The translations under genes were made by a program, and so were the position numbers. Positions 19,868 through 33,464 of a stretch of DNA of 64,000 nt are shown here, one piece after another; position 1 is the first letter of the stretch; each line of letters starts with the position of its first letter. The notes beneath the pieces are model-generated. The model did no database searches and had not been told where the DNA came from. It was given only the letters and a program-made list of their open reading frames with translations. This stretch comes from Bdellovibrionales bacterium (lineage in GTDB: Bacteria; Bdellovibrionota; UBA1018; CAIMNF01). Location: positions 1 through 64,000 of the forward strand of contig JBEIJY010000008.1 of assembly GCA_040380025.1 (NCBI GenBank), in the 5' to 3' direction.

Positions 19868-21688
19868 TCACTTGCTCGCATTCGTGAAGGCAAACGGGTA
19901 CTTGATGCTGACCGGAACCCCGCCTCCGGGAATCGGGAACTGGATCCTCGAGATCACCTCGAGAACGCATTTCTCGACATTCGAATTCCGCATCGAGCTC
20001 GAAGCGATCGCCATCTGCGAGGCCCGTCCCGAGCCGCCGATGACGAACGCGGGAACGATCTTGCCCGCAAGATCGGGATTCCCCGAGTTCACCTCATGTT
20101 CATAACAATACCTGAATTCATCCCGATGCGCACGAATGGCCGCATCAATCGCCTCGCGGTCGATCGATCCAATCACAACCGTTTCATTGCCGAAGCCCGC
20201 GCTCAAATCCACGCGGGTTTTGCCTCCCACGATCCCGGCTCCGGTTCCCCGGGCCCCGAGCCCCGTTCCGATCCGACCACCTCCCCGCCCCTGTCCGGCA
20301 AGGCCCCCGAGGAGCGTATCCGCGGAACCGCCGCCTCCCTTGCCCGATCCCTGAAGGGCCGCCCCGCCCGATCCCTGATTGGCGAATCCGCCAAAGCCCT
20401 CCAGCTTGCTTCCCGAGGCGCCGAGCTTTTTCCCGGATCCGCCCAGAAGATCCAGAATCCGGTTCGAGGCGCCCTTGAGTGCTTCCAGGTTTCCGTGATC
20501 CTCGGACTCCGATCGGGTTCCGCCCCGACCGGTTTTCGGTTCGGGTGAGGTCCTTTTTGCTGCGGTCTGGGGAGTCGCCGTTTTGGACGGGATTTTTTCT
20601 CCGCGCGATCCCTCGGAGCCTTTCGCGCGTGCGCCCGCGCCCTCCTTCGCCTGCTTCTCGGCCATAGTCGGTTTTTTTGACTTCGTTTCGTCCGCGAGCT
20701 TCACCGGAACCGGCTTCGGGGTCTCGGGCCGGGGCGGGCTCGAAGAGTATTTTTCGGGATGATAAAGAATCGTAGCCACCGTCTCGGTGACCGGCGGAGG
20801 ATCGGTGGCCGTGATTTCGAGACGGCTCACGCCGAAAAGCGAAAGAATGGTGAATGAGAGCGAAACGAGGAGAATCCGGAACAGAAGCGGATCGACCGCA
20901 AGATCGCCTTTTTTGGCAAGGACCGGAGGGGGCACGGTCCGGCTGAAATGGAACGAGACCGCCCCGCTTTGAATCCGCACAAAATCATTCTCGCCGATGA
21001 CCACCCACACCGGGCCGGCCGCTCGGTGGGTCCGCAGATGCTCCTCGACCGGAATCAAACGCCCGCCCAGGTACAATACTCCCGAAAGACCCGGATCCAG
21101 CAAAAGCACCCAGCTTCTTCCCTGGCGGGTCACTCTCGTTCCGACCGAATCGACCACACCCTCCCCCGGGACAAACGATTCTTCATCTCGCTCATGACGG
21201 ACATCGAGGATCACGCCGTTCCACGAGCACACGACTTCGAGGGCGTCTTTGATCGCAGGCCGGTAATCAAAGATCGGAGCAACGGTCGCAGGATCGATGA
21301 GCAGAAGACTTTGATCGGGAAGAGGCCGGGCCTCTTCGGGCCCGATGAACCCGAAGCGGATCACCGCCTCGCCGATCTGAATTCGATCGCCGGTCGCGAC
21401 CGGTCCGTTCACCAGGGGGGAACCGTTCACCATGACTCCGGTGGGACTCGCAAGATCGATCAACCGCGCTGACACCGATTCGGGCGAGGCGCCCCGGTCG
21501 ATCTCAAGAATCGCATGGATCGGAGCCACGCCCTTGCTGTCGAGCCGGATGTCGGCCGATTCGACGCTCCCGAACACGATCCGGTCTTTCGAAACAAGAA
21601 AAGTCTGCGATTTTCCCTGTTCGAGGACCTCGAACTTCACGCGAAGGCCATCCGAAGGGGATTTTGCGGTCTCGACGGTGTTTTCCAT
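19868..21688 (-). CDS. GltG/PglI-like gliding protein: FHA domain, TM helix, Gly-rich linker, TonB-C-like domain
   Basis: FG....DIRL..V..IHA..DL.S..G..VNG FHA pattern; single TM; FRYCYE..L.GKI...FVI..CV...I.FP.P.GG. Confidence 0.85.
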   Translation of the reverse strand: MENTVETAKSPSDGLRVKFEVLEQGKSQTFLVSKDRIVFGSVESADIRLDSKGVAPIHAILEIDRGASPESVSARLIDLASPTGVMVNGSPLVNGPVATGDRIQIGEAVIRFGFIGPEEARPLPDQSLLLIDPATVAPIFDYRPAIKDALEVVCSWNGVILDVRHERDEESFVPGEGVVDSVGTRVTRQGRSWVLLLDPGLSGVLYLGGRLIPVEEHLRTHRAAGPVWVVIGENDFVRIQSGAVSFHFSRTVPPPVLAKKGDLAVDPLLFRILLVSLSFTILSLFGVSRLEITATDPPPVTETVATILYHPEKYSSSPPRPETPKPVPVKLADETKSKKPTMAEKQAKEGAGARAKGSEGSRGEKIPSKTATPQTAAKRTSPEPKTGRGGTRSESEDHGNLEALKGASNRILDLLGGSGKKLGASGSKLEGFGGFANQGSGGAALQGSGKGGGGSADTLLGGLAGQGRGGGRIGTGLGARGTGAGIVGGKTRVDLSAGFGNETVVIGSIDREAIDAAIRAHRDEFRYCYEHEVNSGNPDLAGKIVPAFVIGGSGRASQMAIASSSMRNSNVEKCVLEVISRIQFPIPGGGVPVSIKYPFAFTNASK

Positions 21689-21709
21689 GACGGCAACCCT
21701 CCCGGTCCC

Positions 21710-22006
21710 TCAGTTGCTCTGAACCGAATCCCGCATCATCTCGCGGCGGAAGTTCATCCGGCGCTTCGTGAGTGCGTCGAATCGCTCTTGGTTCCGGCTC
21801 TGAAAATAAAACTCGCCCGGGGTCTTCAGCTCGCCCTCGAGACTGAGCCCCTCGAAATCGATCGACTGGTTGCCTTGGTACACCACCTTGGCTCCGGCGG
21901 GTTTGGCCCGGGAAGGCTCCGCCGCCTGCGCAAGGAATGGTGCGGTCAGGCCTAAGGTCAGGCCTGAGATCAAAACAACGAACAGGATCATCTGGTTTCG
22001 GATCAT
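21710..22006 (-). CDS. GltF/CglF-like small periplasmic gliding protein
   Basis: Signal peptide; IDFEGLSLEGELKTP..F..L.K.R.NF pattern; ATGA coupling. Confidence 0.75.
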   Translation of the reverse strand: MIRNQMILFVVLISGLTLGLTAPFLAQAAEPSRAKPAGAKVVYQGNQSIDFEGLSLEGELKTPGEFYFQSRNQERFDALTKRRMNFRREMMRDSVQSN

Positions 22007-25000
22007 GGCTGGCATCGCTCCTTCAGACGATGAATCGAGATTTTTTCGAACCCTTTCAGCTCGGAGAGTCCCGGAATCCCCTCGATCCGCGAAAGGCAGG
22101 ACGGCCCCTCGTACAGGGCGGCCTCGCGGTATTTTTTGCTGAAGCGATTGGCCGAAAGCCCGAGTTCTTCGGCCCGTTTCGAATTCACCAAAGCCTCTGA
22201 TTTTTTTCCGAGCCCCCAATACGCGACCGAAAGCCCGTCGAACACTTCTCCGATCTTCACCCTGCGCGACACTTTCTTGAAATACGGAATCGAGAGCCGG
22301 AACAACCGGTAATAATTGAACACATGCCCGAGATTGAAGAGCGCCGCCGAATTCACGGGCTCGATGTCGAGCGCCTTCTTCCAGAGCGCCACGGCCTCGT
22401 TCGCGGCAAACCAGTCTTCGAAGCCGAGATCACTGATCAACACCACGGCAAGATTGTTCCCGGCGTCCGCCGCACGGGTCCGGAGCGCGAGCGAGCGTTC
22501 ATAGGCGATTCGCGCAAGGCCCGGCTTTCCGAGTCCCCAAAGAAGATTCCCGTAATCGATCCAGGCAAGCGCGTTGTCTTGTGACTTCAACAGTTCCTCG
22601 CGAACCCGCAGGAACGCGTTCTCGGGACCCGCGGGGCCGCCATCGGGCGCCATGCCGATCAGCTTCACGCCGCTCCGGGCCCCCTGCGCCCGGCGAAGCC
22701 CCGGAACCCCTGCATCTACAAGCCGGTCTTGGATGACCGGCAGGGCCGAAGAGAGCACTTCTTCGCGCAATGCCGTCTGATAGGCCGATTTCGCGTGCTC
22801 GGTTGCCTGCTTGCTCAATGCCGCGGATGCCGGCAAGAGGGCGGCTCGCAGTTGCGGAGTCGCGCGGGAATCCCGCAAAACCCGCGCCACATCCTGCGAG
22901 AACTCCTGCGACAGGTCCCCGAGCCGTTCAGTGGCCGCGATCGCCCATGGCCCGCCGAATCCGATCGCTTTCTGGTAGGCCGCCGTCACGGGCTTCAGCT
23001 CGTTGATCCTTTCTTCGAAGGCCTTCAGGATTTTCTGCTCCGGAAACTCGAGCGCCGGATTCTTCCGTTCACGCTCGAGGAGTTGGGCGATCCGGAACTG
23101 CGCATACGCGATGTGCGGCGACTTCGCCGAAGGGCCGGAGCGGATCGAAACCGCAGAATCGAAATTCTCGCGGGCGGGCCCGAATTCCTGGCGGGCGGCA
23201 TGAAAGTTCCCGATCTGGCAGAAGCACTCGGCGCGAAGCGGACTGTCCAGGGCCGCGCATTCCTTCCAGTGCACAAGCACAGAAGAATCATTGCGCTCCT
23301 CGATCGCGTTCAAAGCGAGGGCCTTGAAGATCTCCGCCCGCTGGGCCGCGGTCCGCGAGGCCGAAAGTGCCTCACGAAACACCGCATCGGCCTTCCGGAG
23401 CTGGGAGCCGCCCGAGAACAAGGCGGCCGCCGTCATGAAGCTCGCGCGATCGAGGATCATTCTCCCGAGCCCGAGAAACAACTCGGCGGAATCCTGGAAT
23501 TGTCCGCGGATGAAACAACGGGTGGCCTCTTCCTTCACTGATTTTTCGAGAAGCCGACTCGCCGGAAACCGGTTTCGCCACTCCCGCATCACCCGAAGCA
23601 CCTCATCGGAATCCCGGTTCTGGGCATGGGCCCCGAGCGCCCCGATGTAGGCGCTCTCGGCCTCTTTTTCGCCCGGAGCGCTCCGGGCGTAGCTCTCGTA
23701 CGCCGCAGCGGCTTTTCCGAACTCTTTTTGCCGCTCGAGCTTGGAAATCTCGCCCACACGCAGGGACTTCCGCGCGGCCTCAAGATCGCGCGCAAGCTCT
23801 CCCCGCGCAGCCCGATCGGCGGCCATCAGACGCGCATCGCCCGAGATCGCACCGATTACGGATTCGGTCTTTTCGAGCTGAAGCCAGAGTCTCGCGGCAA
23901 GCACGCCCTGCGGAGTCCCGGGCGCGGACCGGCTCAAGGCCTTCGCCCGCGCAATCGCCTCTGGTCTGCGATCCGGGTAGGCCGCAAGGATCTGGGCCGA
24001 ACGAAGCCGGGCCTCGCGGGATTCCAAAGAGGCGGGAATGCTTTTTTCGAGGAGATCCGATGCCTCGACAAAATCGAGCTCGAGGCGCGAGGGCTCGGCG
24101 CCGGGTTTCTCTCCCCGCGCAGACCTCTTTTCGAGCTCGGAGGCGAGACTGCCCACCCAGAGCCTCGCCGCTTCGATGGCATGCTTCGGGTCGCGATCGC
24201 GGATCACCTTTTGATACAGATCGGCGGCCGCGCGGGAATCGCCTTTTTCGCGCTTCACTTCGGCAAGGTACATCCGGATCTCATTGATCCCGGCCCGGGC
24301 CGCCTCATCGGATGCGGGAAACTTCATCAGGAAGAGCGAATAGAACCGATCCGCCACCTCCAGAAAAGGCCGGGCCTCTTTGCGATCGGTTTTTTTGCGA
24401 TACCGCTCATGATTCGAAACCGCAGTGGTGCGGATCTGACGCCTGAGATTCGCGACGGCCTGAACCGTCTCGGCGTCACGGGAATCGGGAATGAAAAGCC
24501 GCTCGATCCGCGTTGCGGCCTCGCGGAACTTCTCGCGCAGGATCTCCAGATCGATCATCTTCACGGCGACCCGAAAGGAGGCCTCGCTTTCGGGGTCGAT
24601 CTGAAAAAGCACCTCATAGACCCGTTTCGCCTCGTCCACCCGCCCGGTCCGCTCGAACTCCTTTCCGAGCTTCTCAAGCACCCGCGAAACTCCATCCTGC
24701 TTGCCGGCATTGCCACGAAAATATTCGATCGCCTCATCCACGCGCCCGGTCTCGGCGTAATAAACCGCGAGATCGCGAAGCCCCTCGTCGCGGATGCTGA
24801 GCAGTTTTCCGTTCTCATCCGAGGCGCGGGCGATGGCGATCGCCCGCTTCATCGTGGACACGGCAAGTTCGGCCCGGCGTTCGCGGTAATAGCACCACGC
24901 GAGCTTGTGCAGGAGCCTTGCTTGCTGGGCCGGGTCCTTGGTCCGGCGAACGGCGAGCTCGTAGTTCTTCACGGCCACGGCAAAATCACCCGACTGGAAC

Positions 25001-25548
25001 GCAACATCGCCAAGAGCGCGTAGCGCATCCTGGGCGAAACCCGAAGACGGAAAATCGCGGAGAAGGATCTCATAATGCCGGCGGGATTTCTCGAAATCCC
25101 CGAACTCCGCATAGTTGTATCCCAAAAAATAGTGCACCCGGTCCCGCTTCTCCTGCGGCACCCGAAGAGACAGCAGAGCCTCGGCGGCAGAAACCCCGTT
25201 TCGAAGATCCTCCCGCGATCGCACGCGCTCGAGCCGCGCATTCGGATCGACCTGCAGGGCCTTCTGATGAATCCGTCCCTCGAGCTGAAAATTCGCCTGA
25301 TACGACTCGAGATACAGCTCCGCAAGCCTCAGGTAGAGGTCGGCCTTCCGGTTCTCGGGATTCCGGAGTCCGAGCGCGGTCCGCACGGCGCGGATCTCCT
25401 CCTGCCGGAGTTGCTCGATCTTGAGCTCGGTTGTGCTTTGAACGGCGCGATAATCCCGATCCGCAGGCGCGGCGAACCCTGCGCCCGACGACAACGCCAG
25501 AACCACGGCGAGCGCGAGCGGAGCGATCCGGAGCTCAGGGATTCCCAC
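22003..25548 (-). CDS. Large periplasmic TPR protein, GltD/AgmU-like (possibly including a GltE-like C-terminus)
   Basis: GTG start with GGAG; signal peptide; ADLYLRLAELY, many TPR repeats; position in glt cluster. Confidence 0.78.
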   Translation of the reverse strand: MGIPELRIAPLALAVVLALSSGAGFAAPADRDYRAVQSTTELKIEQLRQEEIRAVRTALGLRNPENRKADLYLRLAELYLESYQANFQLEGRIHQKALQVDPNARLERVRSREDLRNGVSAAEALLSLRVPQEKRDRVHYFLGYNYAEFGDFEKSRRHYEILLRDFPSSGFAQDALRALGDVAFQSGDFAVAVKNYELAVRRTKDPAQQARLLHKLAWCYYRERRAELAVSTMKRAIAIARASDENGKLLSIRDEGLRDLAVYYAETGRVDEAIEYFRGNAGKQDGVSRVLEKLGKEFERTGRVDEAKRVYEVLFQIDPESEASFRVAVKMIDLEILREKFREAATRIERLFIPDSRDAETVQAVANLRRQIRTTAVSNHERYRKKTDRKEARPFLEVADRFYSLFLMKFPASDEAARAGINEIRMYLAEVKREKGDSRAAADLYQKVIRDRDPKHAIEAARLWVGSLASELEKRSARGEKPGAEPSRLELDFVEASDLLEKSIPASLESREARLRSAQILAAYPDRRPEAIARAKALSRSAPGTPQGVLAARLWLQLEKTESVIGAISGDARLMAADRAARGELARDLEAARKSLRVGEISKLERQKEFGKAAAAYESYARSAPGEKEAESAYIGALGAHAQNRDSDEVLRVMREWRNRFPASRLLEKSVKEEATRCFIRGQFQDSAELFLGLGRMILDRASFMTAAALFSGGSQLRKADAVFREALSASRTAAQRAEIFKALALNAIEERNDSSVLVHWKECAALDSPLRAECFCQIGNFHAARQEFGPARENFDSAVSIRSGPSAKSPHIAYAQFRIAQLLERERKNPALEFPEQKILKAFEERINELKPVTAAYQKAIGFGGPWAIAATERLGDLSQEFSQDVARVLRDSRATPQLRAALLPASAALSKQATEHAKSAYQTALREEVLSSALPVIQDRLVDAGVPGLRRAQGARSGVKLIGMAPDGGPAGPENAFLRVREELLKSQDNALAWIDYGNLLWGLGKPGLARIAYERSLALRTRAADAGNNLAVVLISDLGFEDWFAANEAVALWKKALDIEPVNSAALFNLGHVFNYYRLFRLSIPYFKKVSRRVKIGEVFDGLSVAYWGLGKKSEALVNSKRAEELGLSANRFSKKYREAALYEGPSCLSRIEGIPGLSELKGFEKISIHRLKERCQP

Positions 25549-27184
25549 TCTTCTCCGTCCTTCCGCACTCGCTTTCGAGTGCAAACACATAGTCGCCGAT
25601 TTCGTCGTTCCAGAACTCCCCGTTGAACGACCAGAGATACTGATCATCCCGGCGTTCCGGCTTCCGGTTCCCCCGATTGCGCTCACTCGTCGATGCACGG
25701 TCGGGGGCAAGAAGCCGTTCTTTCTGGCGGCTGAGGACGTCGATCTTCATGAACTGCATTTTTTCGAGGTCCGAAACGAGCACCTGATGATGATCGATCA
25801 TGGAATTCCGGACGAAGATCCCGCCCAGCATCTGGATCGTCCGGAGCCGCCAGTCGAGGGCCCGATTCAGGAACCCGGGAAATCCCGAGTCGGAGCCGGT
25901 CTTCGCGTCCGATCGCCGGGCATCGAGCCGTTCGATCGCGATTTTCTCGGCCTCGATGCGATCGAGCGAGAGCGAAAGCGATTGAAAGTGCGGAGAACGG
26001 ACAAAGCGGTTCAGGAAGCGGTGGAGAACCCGGTCGGTATGGAGCCGGTCTTTCAGGGCCCGTCGTCCGAGCTCGAAATGCGCCCGCGGATCGTCGGGGT
26101 GCCGCTCGAGGAACTCCCGCACATCGCGTGCGAGCGTGCCCAGACGCCGATGGAACTCCTCGATGATCCGGGCGGCATCGTCATACAAACACAGCGCCGA
26201 ATAGCTTTGCGCCATCAACACATCGACCTCGGAATTGAAGACGAAGCGGAGCGCGGGGCTTCGATACGAGACAAGCTTTCCGAGCGTGCGATTGTACTCT
26301 TCGCGCGCATAGCTGTTCCATGCGTGCTCGAAGAGGGTATCGGTCCAGACGAAACTCGACTTCGGAATCCGGTCATACCTGCGATCGGCCTCCTCGAACC
26401 TCCCCGTCTCGTACAAAACCCGGGACTGGTTCGCGATGCAGCGGGCCTGCAAATCGAACGAGGAGTTTTTTCTGAGATCCTCCCACGGCCGCAAAACGGC
26501 CGGAGGGAGATTCCGGCGAAGCCACTCCTCCAGGATCCCGAGCTCCGATTTTCTTCTTTGCTCCGCGGCCTCCTCGCACTTCTCGAATTCCACCAGTGCA
26601 TCGGCCGGCCGGTTCAGCATCAATGCCGCGCTCCCGCGAATCTGGAGCGCAAGCGCATACAGCGCGTGCGAAGGGGGGACGTTTCCTGCGGCCTCCAGCG
26701 CACCCTGGTAATTCCCCTGCAACAGCCGATCTTTGGCGACCGCCAGATGAAGCACGCTCCGGGCATTCCCCGGATAATCCTCGAGCCGGGTGTTCTTCAG
26801 CAAAAACTTCTTCAGAAAATCCGCTCCCGCGCGGTCTAAAAAAAGCGGGGCGAACTCGAGCACCTTTTTCGATGCTGCCCGGTCGCGAAACTGGATGGTT
26901 CGAATGAAGAAATAAACCGCCGACTGCTCCAGCCCCGCACGGACGAGACTCTCGGTGGTCCAGGCATAGGCCATCGCGCGATCGGCGTCGCTTGCCGCCT
27001 GATTCGCGTCGAAAAACGCGATCCGGGCGGCCGTGAAGTACTGACCGGAATCGATCGCGCTGCGGACTTCGGCCACCGAAGCGCGGGCCTGCTGCGAAAA
27101 AAACGCGAACAGGAACAGGAACGCGAAGCCGCCCGCGAAGCCGCCCGGGAACCTCAGGCCCCTTCTGACCTGCAGGCTCCTCAT
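25535..27184 (-). CDS. GltC-like TPR protein
   Basis: Signal peptide; TPRs; FEHAW..Y...YNRTLGKL; C-terminal WSFNGEFWNDEIGDY...LESEC signature. Confidence 0.8.
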   Translation of the reverse strand: MRSLQVRRGLRFPGGFAGGFAFLFLFAFFSQQARASVAEVRSAIDSGQYFTAARIAFFDANQAASDADRAMAYAWTTESLVRAGLEQSAVYFFIRTIQFRDRAASKKVLEFAPLFLDRAGADFLKKFLLKNTRLEDYPGNARSVLHLAVAKDRLLQGNYQGALEAAGNVPPSHALYALALQIRGSAALMLNRPADALVEFEKCEEAAEQRRKSELGILEEWLRRNLPPAVLRPWEDLRKNSSFDLQARCIANQSRVLYETGRFEEADRRYDRIPKSSFVWTDTLFEHAWNSYAREEYNRTLGKLVSYRSPALRFVFNSEVDVLMAQSYSALCLYDDAARIIEEFHRRLGTLARDVREFLERHPDDPRAHFELGRRALKDRLHTDRVLHRFLNRFVRSPHFQSLSLSLDRIEAEKIAIERLDARRSDAKTGSDSGFPGFLNRALDWRLRTIQMLGGIFVRNSMIDHHQVLVSDLEKMQFMKIDVLSRQKERLLAPDRASTSERNRGNRKPERRDDQYLWSFNGEFWNDEIGDYVFALESECGRTEKSGNP

Positions 27185-27921
27185 AGCTGATACCCGATTC
27201 CCGCGCTGAACGCGAAATTCGAGAAGATGGCTTGGTCCGCAGGAGCATTCGGAATTCCGGTAAAGACGCCCGCACGATAAAAGGTGCCGAGAAGATCGAG
27301 TCGGGTGATCCAGTGCTCTCCGAGATGAAACAGATGCCCCGTTCCGAGGAACACCGCGAACAGGTTCTGATCCGACCAAAGAGCGCTCGCCGCAGGGTCA
27401 TCGCTTCGCTTCGGACCGATCGAGGTGCCGAGCATTCCGGCCCCGGCCGAGAAATACCAGTCAAAATAAAGGACGGAGTTGAACACGTTGATCTTCGCGT
27501 ACCAGGGCGACCAATTCAGGACTGCGCCGAACTGCGAGCGGATCTCGCGAATGTACGGAGAATTCAGCCCGCCCCCCGACTGCTCGATCGCTTCTTCGAG
27601 GGCGAGATACGAGTTGTTCGAACGATGAAAGCGGGATGCGTAAAAGAACTCGATTCCGAACGCCTCCGAGAACCAATAGGAAACCCGGGGCTGGACCTGA
27701 AGAACGCTCCGGTAGGTGTCCCCGAGCGAGAGCCCGCCCATGGCGAAAATCTGAGGGCTTCCGGCCTTGCGATAGCGCCGATTCTGAAGGACATACACCT
27801 TCTTTTCGGGATCGAGCCAGCTGAAGTTGTAATCGCTCTCGTCAGCCGCAAACGCCAAGGACCCGTCCACCCAAAGGGACAACGCAAGGAACGCGAACGC
27901 TCCCCGAATTCGATTCTTCAT
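27181..27921 (-). CDS. Outer-membrane beta-barrel protein, GltA/GltB-like
   Basis: Signal peptide; VYVLQNRRY.K, WSPWYAKIN.F...YFDWY..AG.G; terminal GIGYQL. Confidence 0.8.
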   Translation of the reverse strand: MKNRIRGAFAFLALSLWVDGSLAFAADESDYNFSWLDPEKKVYVLQNRRYRKAGSPQIFAMGGLSLGDTYRSVLQVQPRVSYWFSEAFGIEFFYASRFHRSNNSYLALEEAIEQSGGGLNSPYIREIRSQFGAVLNWSPWYAKINVFNSVLYFDWYFSAGAGMLGTSIGPKRSDDPAASALWSDQNLFAVFLGTGHLFHLGEHWITRLDLLGTFYRAGVFTGIPNAPADQAIFSNFAFSAGIGYQL

Positions 27922-27937
27922 CCACCCTCTTCCCGGT

Positions 27938-28219
27938 CTACTTTTTACGGTCGACCATTTCCTTCAGTTCTTTTCCCACCTTGAAAAAAGGAACCCGCTT
28001 CGGATCCACCTTCACGAGATCGCCCGTCTTGGGATTCCGGCCCTCGTACGCGCCGTAAACCCGGTTCACGAACGAGCCAAAGCCACGGATCTCGATCCGA
28101 TCATCCTTGCGCAGAGTGTCCGACATCATCTCGAACACCAGATTCACGACCGTCTCTGCCTGACGGTTCTGGAGGTTCACCTTTTGCGCAATGATTTGAA
28201 TCAGATCGGCCTTGGTCAT
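27938..28219 (-). CDS. ihfB: Integration host factor beta / HU family protein
   Basis: MTKADLI, RIEIRGFGSF, GRNPKTG, PFFKVGKELKE. Confidence 0.88.
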   Translation of the reverse strand: MTKADLIQIIAQKVNLQNRQAETVVNLVFEMMSDTLRKDDRIEIRGFGSFVNRVYGAYEGRNPKTGDLVKVDPKRVPFFKVGKELKEMVDRKK

Positions 28220-28242
28220 GAAAGAGTCTCCTTGGTAGACAT

Positions 28243-28272
28243 AGGTTAGGAGAAGTAAACAATGAATGGCAA
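28243..28272 (-). promoter_or_regulatory. Putative promoter for the ihfB-glt operon
   Basis: Minus strand TTGCCA-18-TAACCT, then AAGGAG SD. Confidence 0.45.
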
Positions 28273-28353
28273 GGAAATCAAGCGGATGGTCGCATTTCGC
28301 ACTGCGCTTCCTGACCCCCATCAACTTGGTGCGACAGAATAATTCCGGACTCT

Positions 28354-29058
28354 TTAGCTTTGCTTGACGTCGAGAATTCCAGGGATCTTCCAAAGCTCCA
28401 AAAGAAGCCGTCCATGATCGCGCGTCCGCCCGAGATACACGAGCCTCACCTCGGGCTGGGCCAAGGCCGAGTTCTCGCGATAGTCCTCGAGCGAGAGCTC
28501 ATGCTGGGTCATGAGCCCCTCAATCGCGGCTCTGGTGATTTCATCTGTTTTTTCGCGAAGATGAATCGTGATCTTGAACATCCTTCTTCGCTCGAGGAAG
28601 CGGTTCTCGAACATGGTCGCCGACACCAGGACAAACACCATGAGCACGCTCACAAAGAGTGCGATCTCGAGCTGACCGATTCCGACCAGCATCCCGATGG
28701 CCGCCACAAGCCAAATGCTCGCGGCGGTCGTGAGCCCCACCACGTTTTCTTTGGATTGCAGAATGGCACCGCCTCCGAGAAATCCGATGCCCGATACGAT
28801 CTGAGCGCCGATCCTTCCCGGATCACCGGACTTTCCGCCCTCCTCCACCCCTTCGAACGCCACCATCATCGAAATCGAGGTGAAGAGCATCGAACCCACG
28901 CAGATGAGCATGTTCGTTTTGATTCCGGCGGACTTGTTCTTGAGCTCACGCTCAAGACCGATCAGACCGCCGCAAAACAGCGCGACGACAAGTTTCGGCC
29001 CAAGATTCTGGATCATTTCTGAAAAAGGGATTGCGTGCAAGGCGGGTTGGAATGCCAT
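28354..29058 (-). CDS. MgtC/SapB family membrane protein
   Basis: GGLIGLERE..K.AGIKT, DPGRIGAQIVSGIGFLGGG, GLTTAASIW. Confidence 0.92.
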   Translation of the reverse strand: MAFQPALHAIPFSEMIQNLGPKLVVALFCGGLIGLERELKNKSAGIKTNMLICVGSMLFTSISMMVAFEGVEEGGKSGDPGRIGAQIVSGIGFLGGGAILQSKENVVGLTTAASIWLVAAIGMLVGIGQLEIALFVSVLMVFVLVSATMFENRFLERRRMFKITIHLREKTDEITRAAIEGLMTQHELSLEDYRENSALAQPEVRLVYLGRTRDHGRLLLELWKIPGILDVKQS

Positions 29059-29120
29059 ACTTTCATTAATGCAAAATCCGGACGTTTTGTGAATCGGAAA
29101 CCGAAAGGACCTGAAGGCCA

Positions 29121-32433
<3,313 letters not shown>

Positions 32434-32454
32434 TTCCTGCAAAATCAGGAATCC

Positions 32455-33048
32455 ATGCGCTTCTTCTTGTCGTGGATTCTCGCGTCGCTGTTCTCGTGCA
32501 ACTGCTTTGCGGACGGCTTTGACTGCCGCGCCCGCCACACCGGAATTTCCTTCCAGGTCCGGCACCACGATCGCGCCGGGGCCGGCACCCGCCGTCCGGA
32601 GTTCATGACGGTGTCGGATCCGCTCGCGCCGCCGGAGTTCCAATGCCGGCTCGTGTTCCGGGATGAAAATCGGACCCTGAACTCTTCTGGGCCCGGGAAG
32701 TACCGCGGGCGGGTGGACTTGCGTTCGGTGAGCGCGTCCCTCAGGAGCGAATACCTTGCGGGAACCAGAATCGAGGAGCTCTCGGGAATTTTTCTCGAAA
32801 TTCCATTTTCTTACCGGAGGGACGCTTTGCTTCTTTCTTCGCTGGTTCCCGAGATCCCGGGCAAGGTGGTGTACGAACGAAGAAACGGCGAACGGCTCGA
32901 AGAACCGGTTTCGTGCACGAGAATCAGGAAAGATCCGGAAGTGCCGCCTCTCGATCCCCCTGTCCCTCTCAAAGCCCTTCTCAAAGTCGAAGACACTCCC
33001 TATACTGGGAGCGCGACCTTATGCCGGATCCGAAAGAAAAACCGCTGA
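32455..33048 (+). CDS. Hypothetical secreted protein
   Basis: AGGA SD; hydrophobic N-terminus ending CFA-DG; 3' end overlaps next gene. Confidence 0.6.
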   Translation: MRFFLSWILASLFSCNCFADGFDCRARHTGISFQVRHHDRAGAGTRRPEFMTVSDPLAPPEFQCRLVFRDENRTLNSSGPGKYRGRVDLRSVSASLRSEYLAGTRIEELSGIFLEIPFSYRRDALLLSSLVPEIPGKVVYERRNGERLEEPVSCTRIRKDPEVPPLDPPVPLKALLKVEDTPYTGSATLCRIRKKNR

Positions 33049-33464
33049 AGATCGACGGAAAAAAAGAAGCCTCCGAGCTCTTGCGCTCGCTTGATGCCGA
33101 AACCCGCGAGCGGATCCTGGCCGGAATCGCCACCCGCGATCCGGTCCTTGCCGAAACCCTGAAAAAAGGCATGGTGACCTTTGCGCATTTGCTTCAGCTT
33201 CCGGCGGCTTCGTTTCAAAGAATCCTCCGATCCCTTCCGCAAGGAACCGTCGCAAAGGCCACACGCGGAATGACGAAGGATGAAGAAATTAAATTCGCTT
33301 CACTGGTCTCAGGACGCCAAGGGGACGCCATTCGCGAGGAACGCGATGCGATCGGCCCCCAAAAGAAGTCCGACGTCGAGGCGGCAAGGCAGGTACTGAT
33401 CGAAAAAGCCCGCGAGCTCCATGCCCGGGGCGAGATCGATCTCGATCACCAACCGAGGACGTAG
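33021..33464 (+). CDS. Stand-alone FliG C-terminal-domain protein
   Basis: DGKKEASELL, DPVLAETLKKGMVTF, AIREE...IGP.KKSDVEAAR..LI..AREL...GEI. Confidence 0.75.
   Translation: MPDPKEKPLKIDGKKEASELLRSLDAETRERILAGIATRDPVLAETLKKGMVTFAHLLQLPAASFQRILRSLPQGTVAKATRGMTKDEEIKFASLVSGRQGDAIREERDAIGPQKKSDVEAARQVLIEKARELHARGEIDLDHQPRT

Noticed and set aside
27121..27150. 12-bp tandem repeat CGCGAAGCCGCC
   Set aside because: Only two copies, encoding GGFAGGFA in a signal region; not an array
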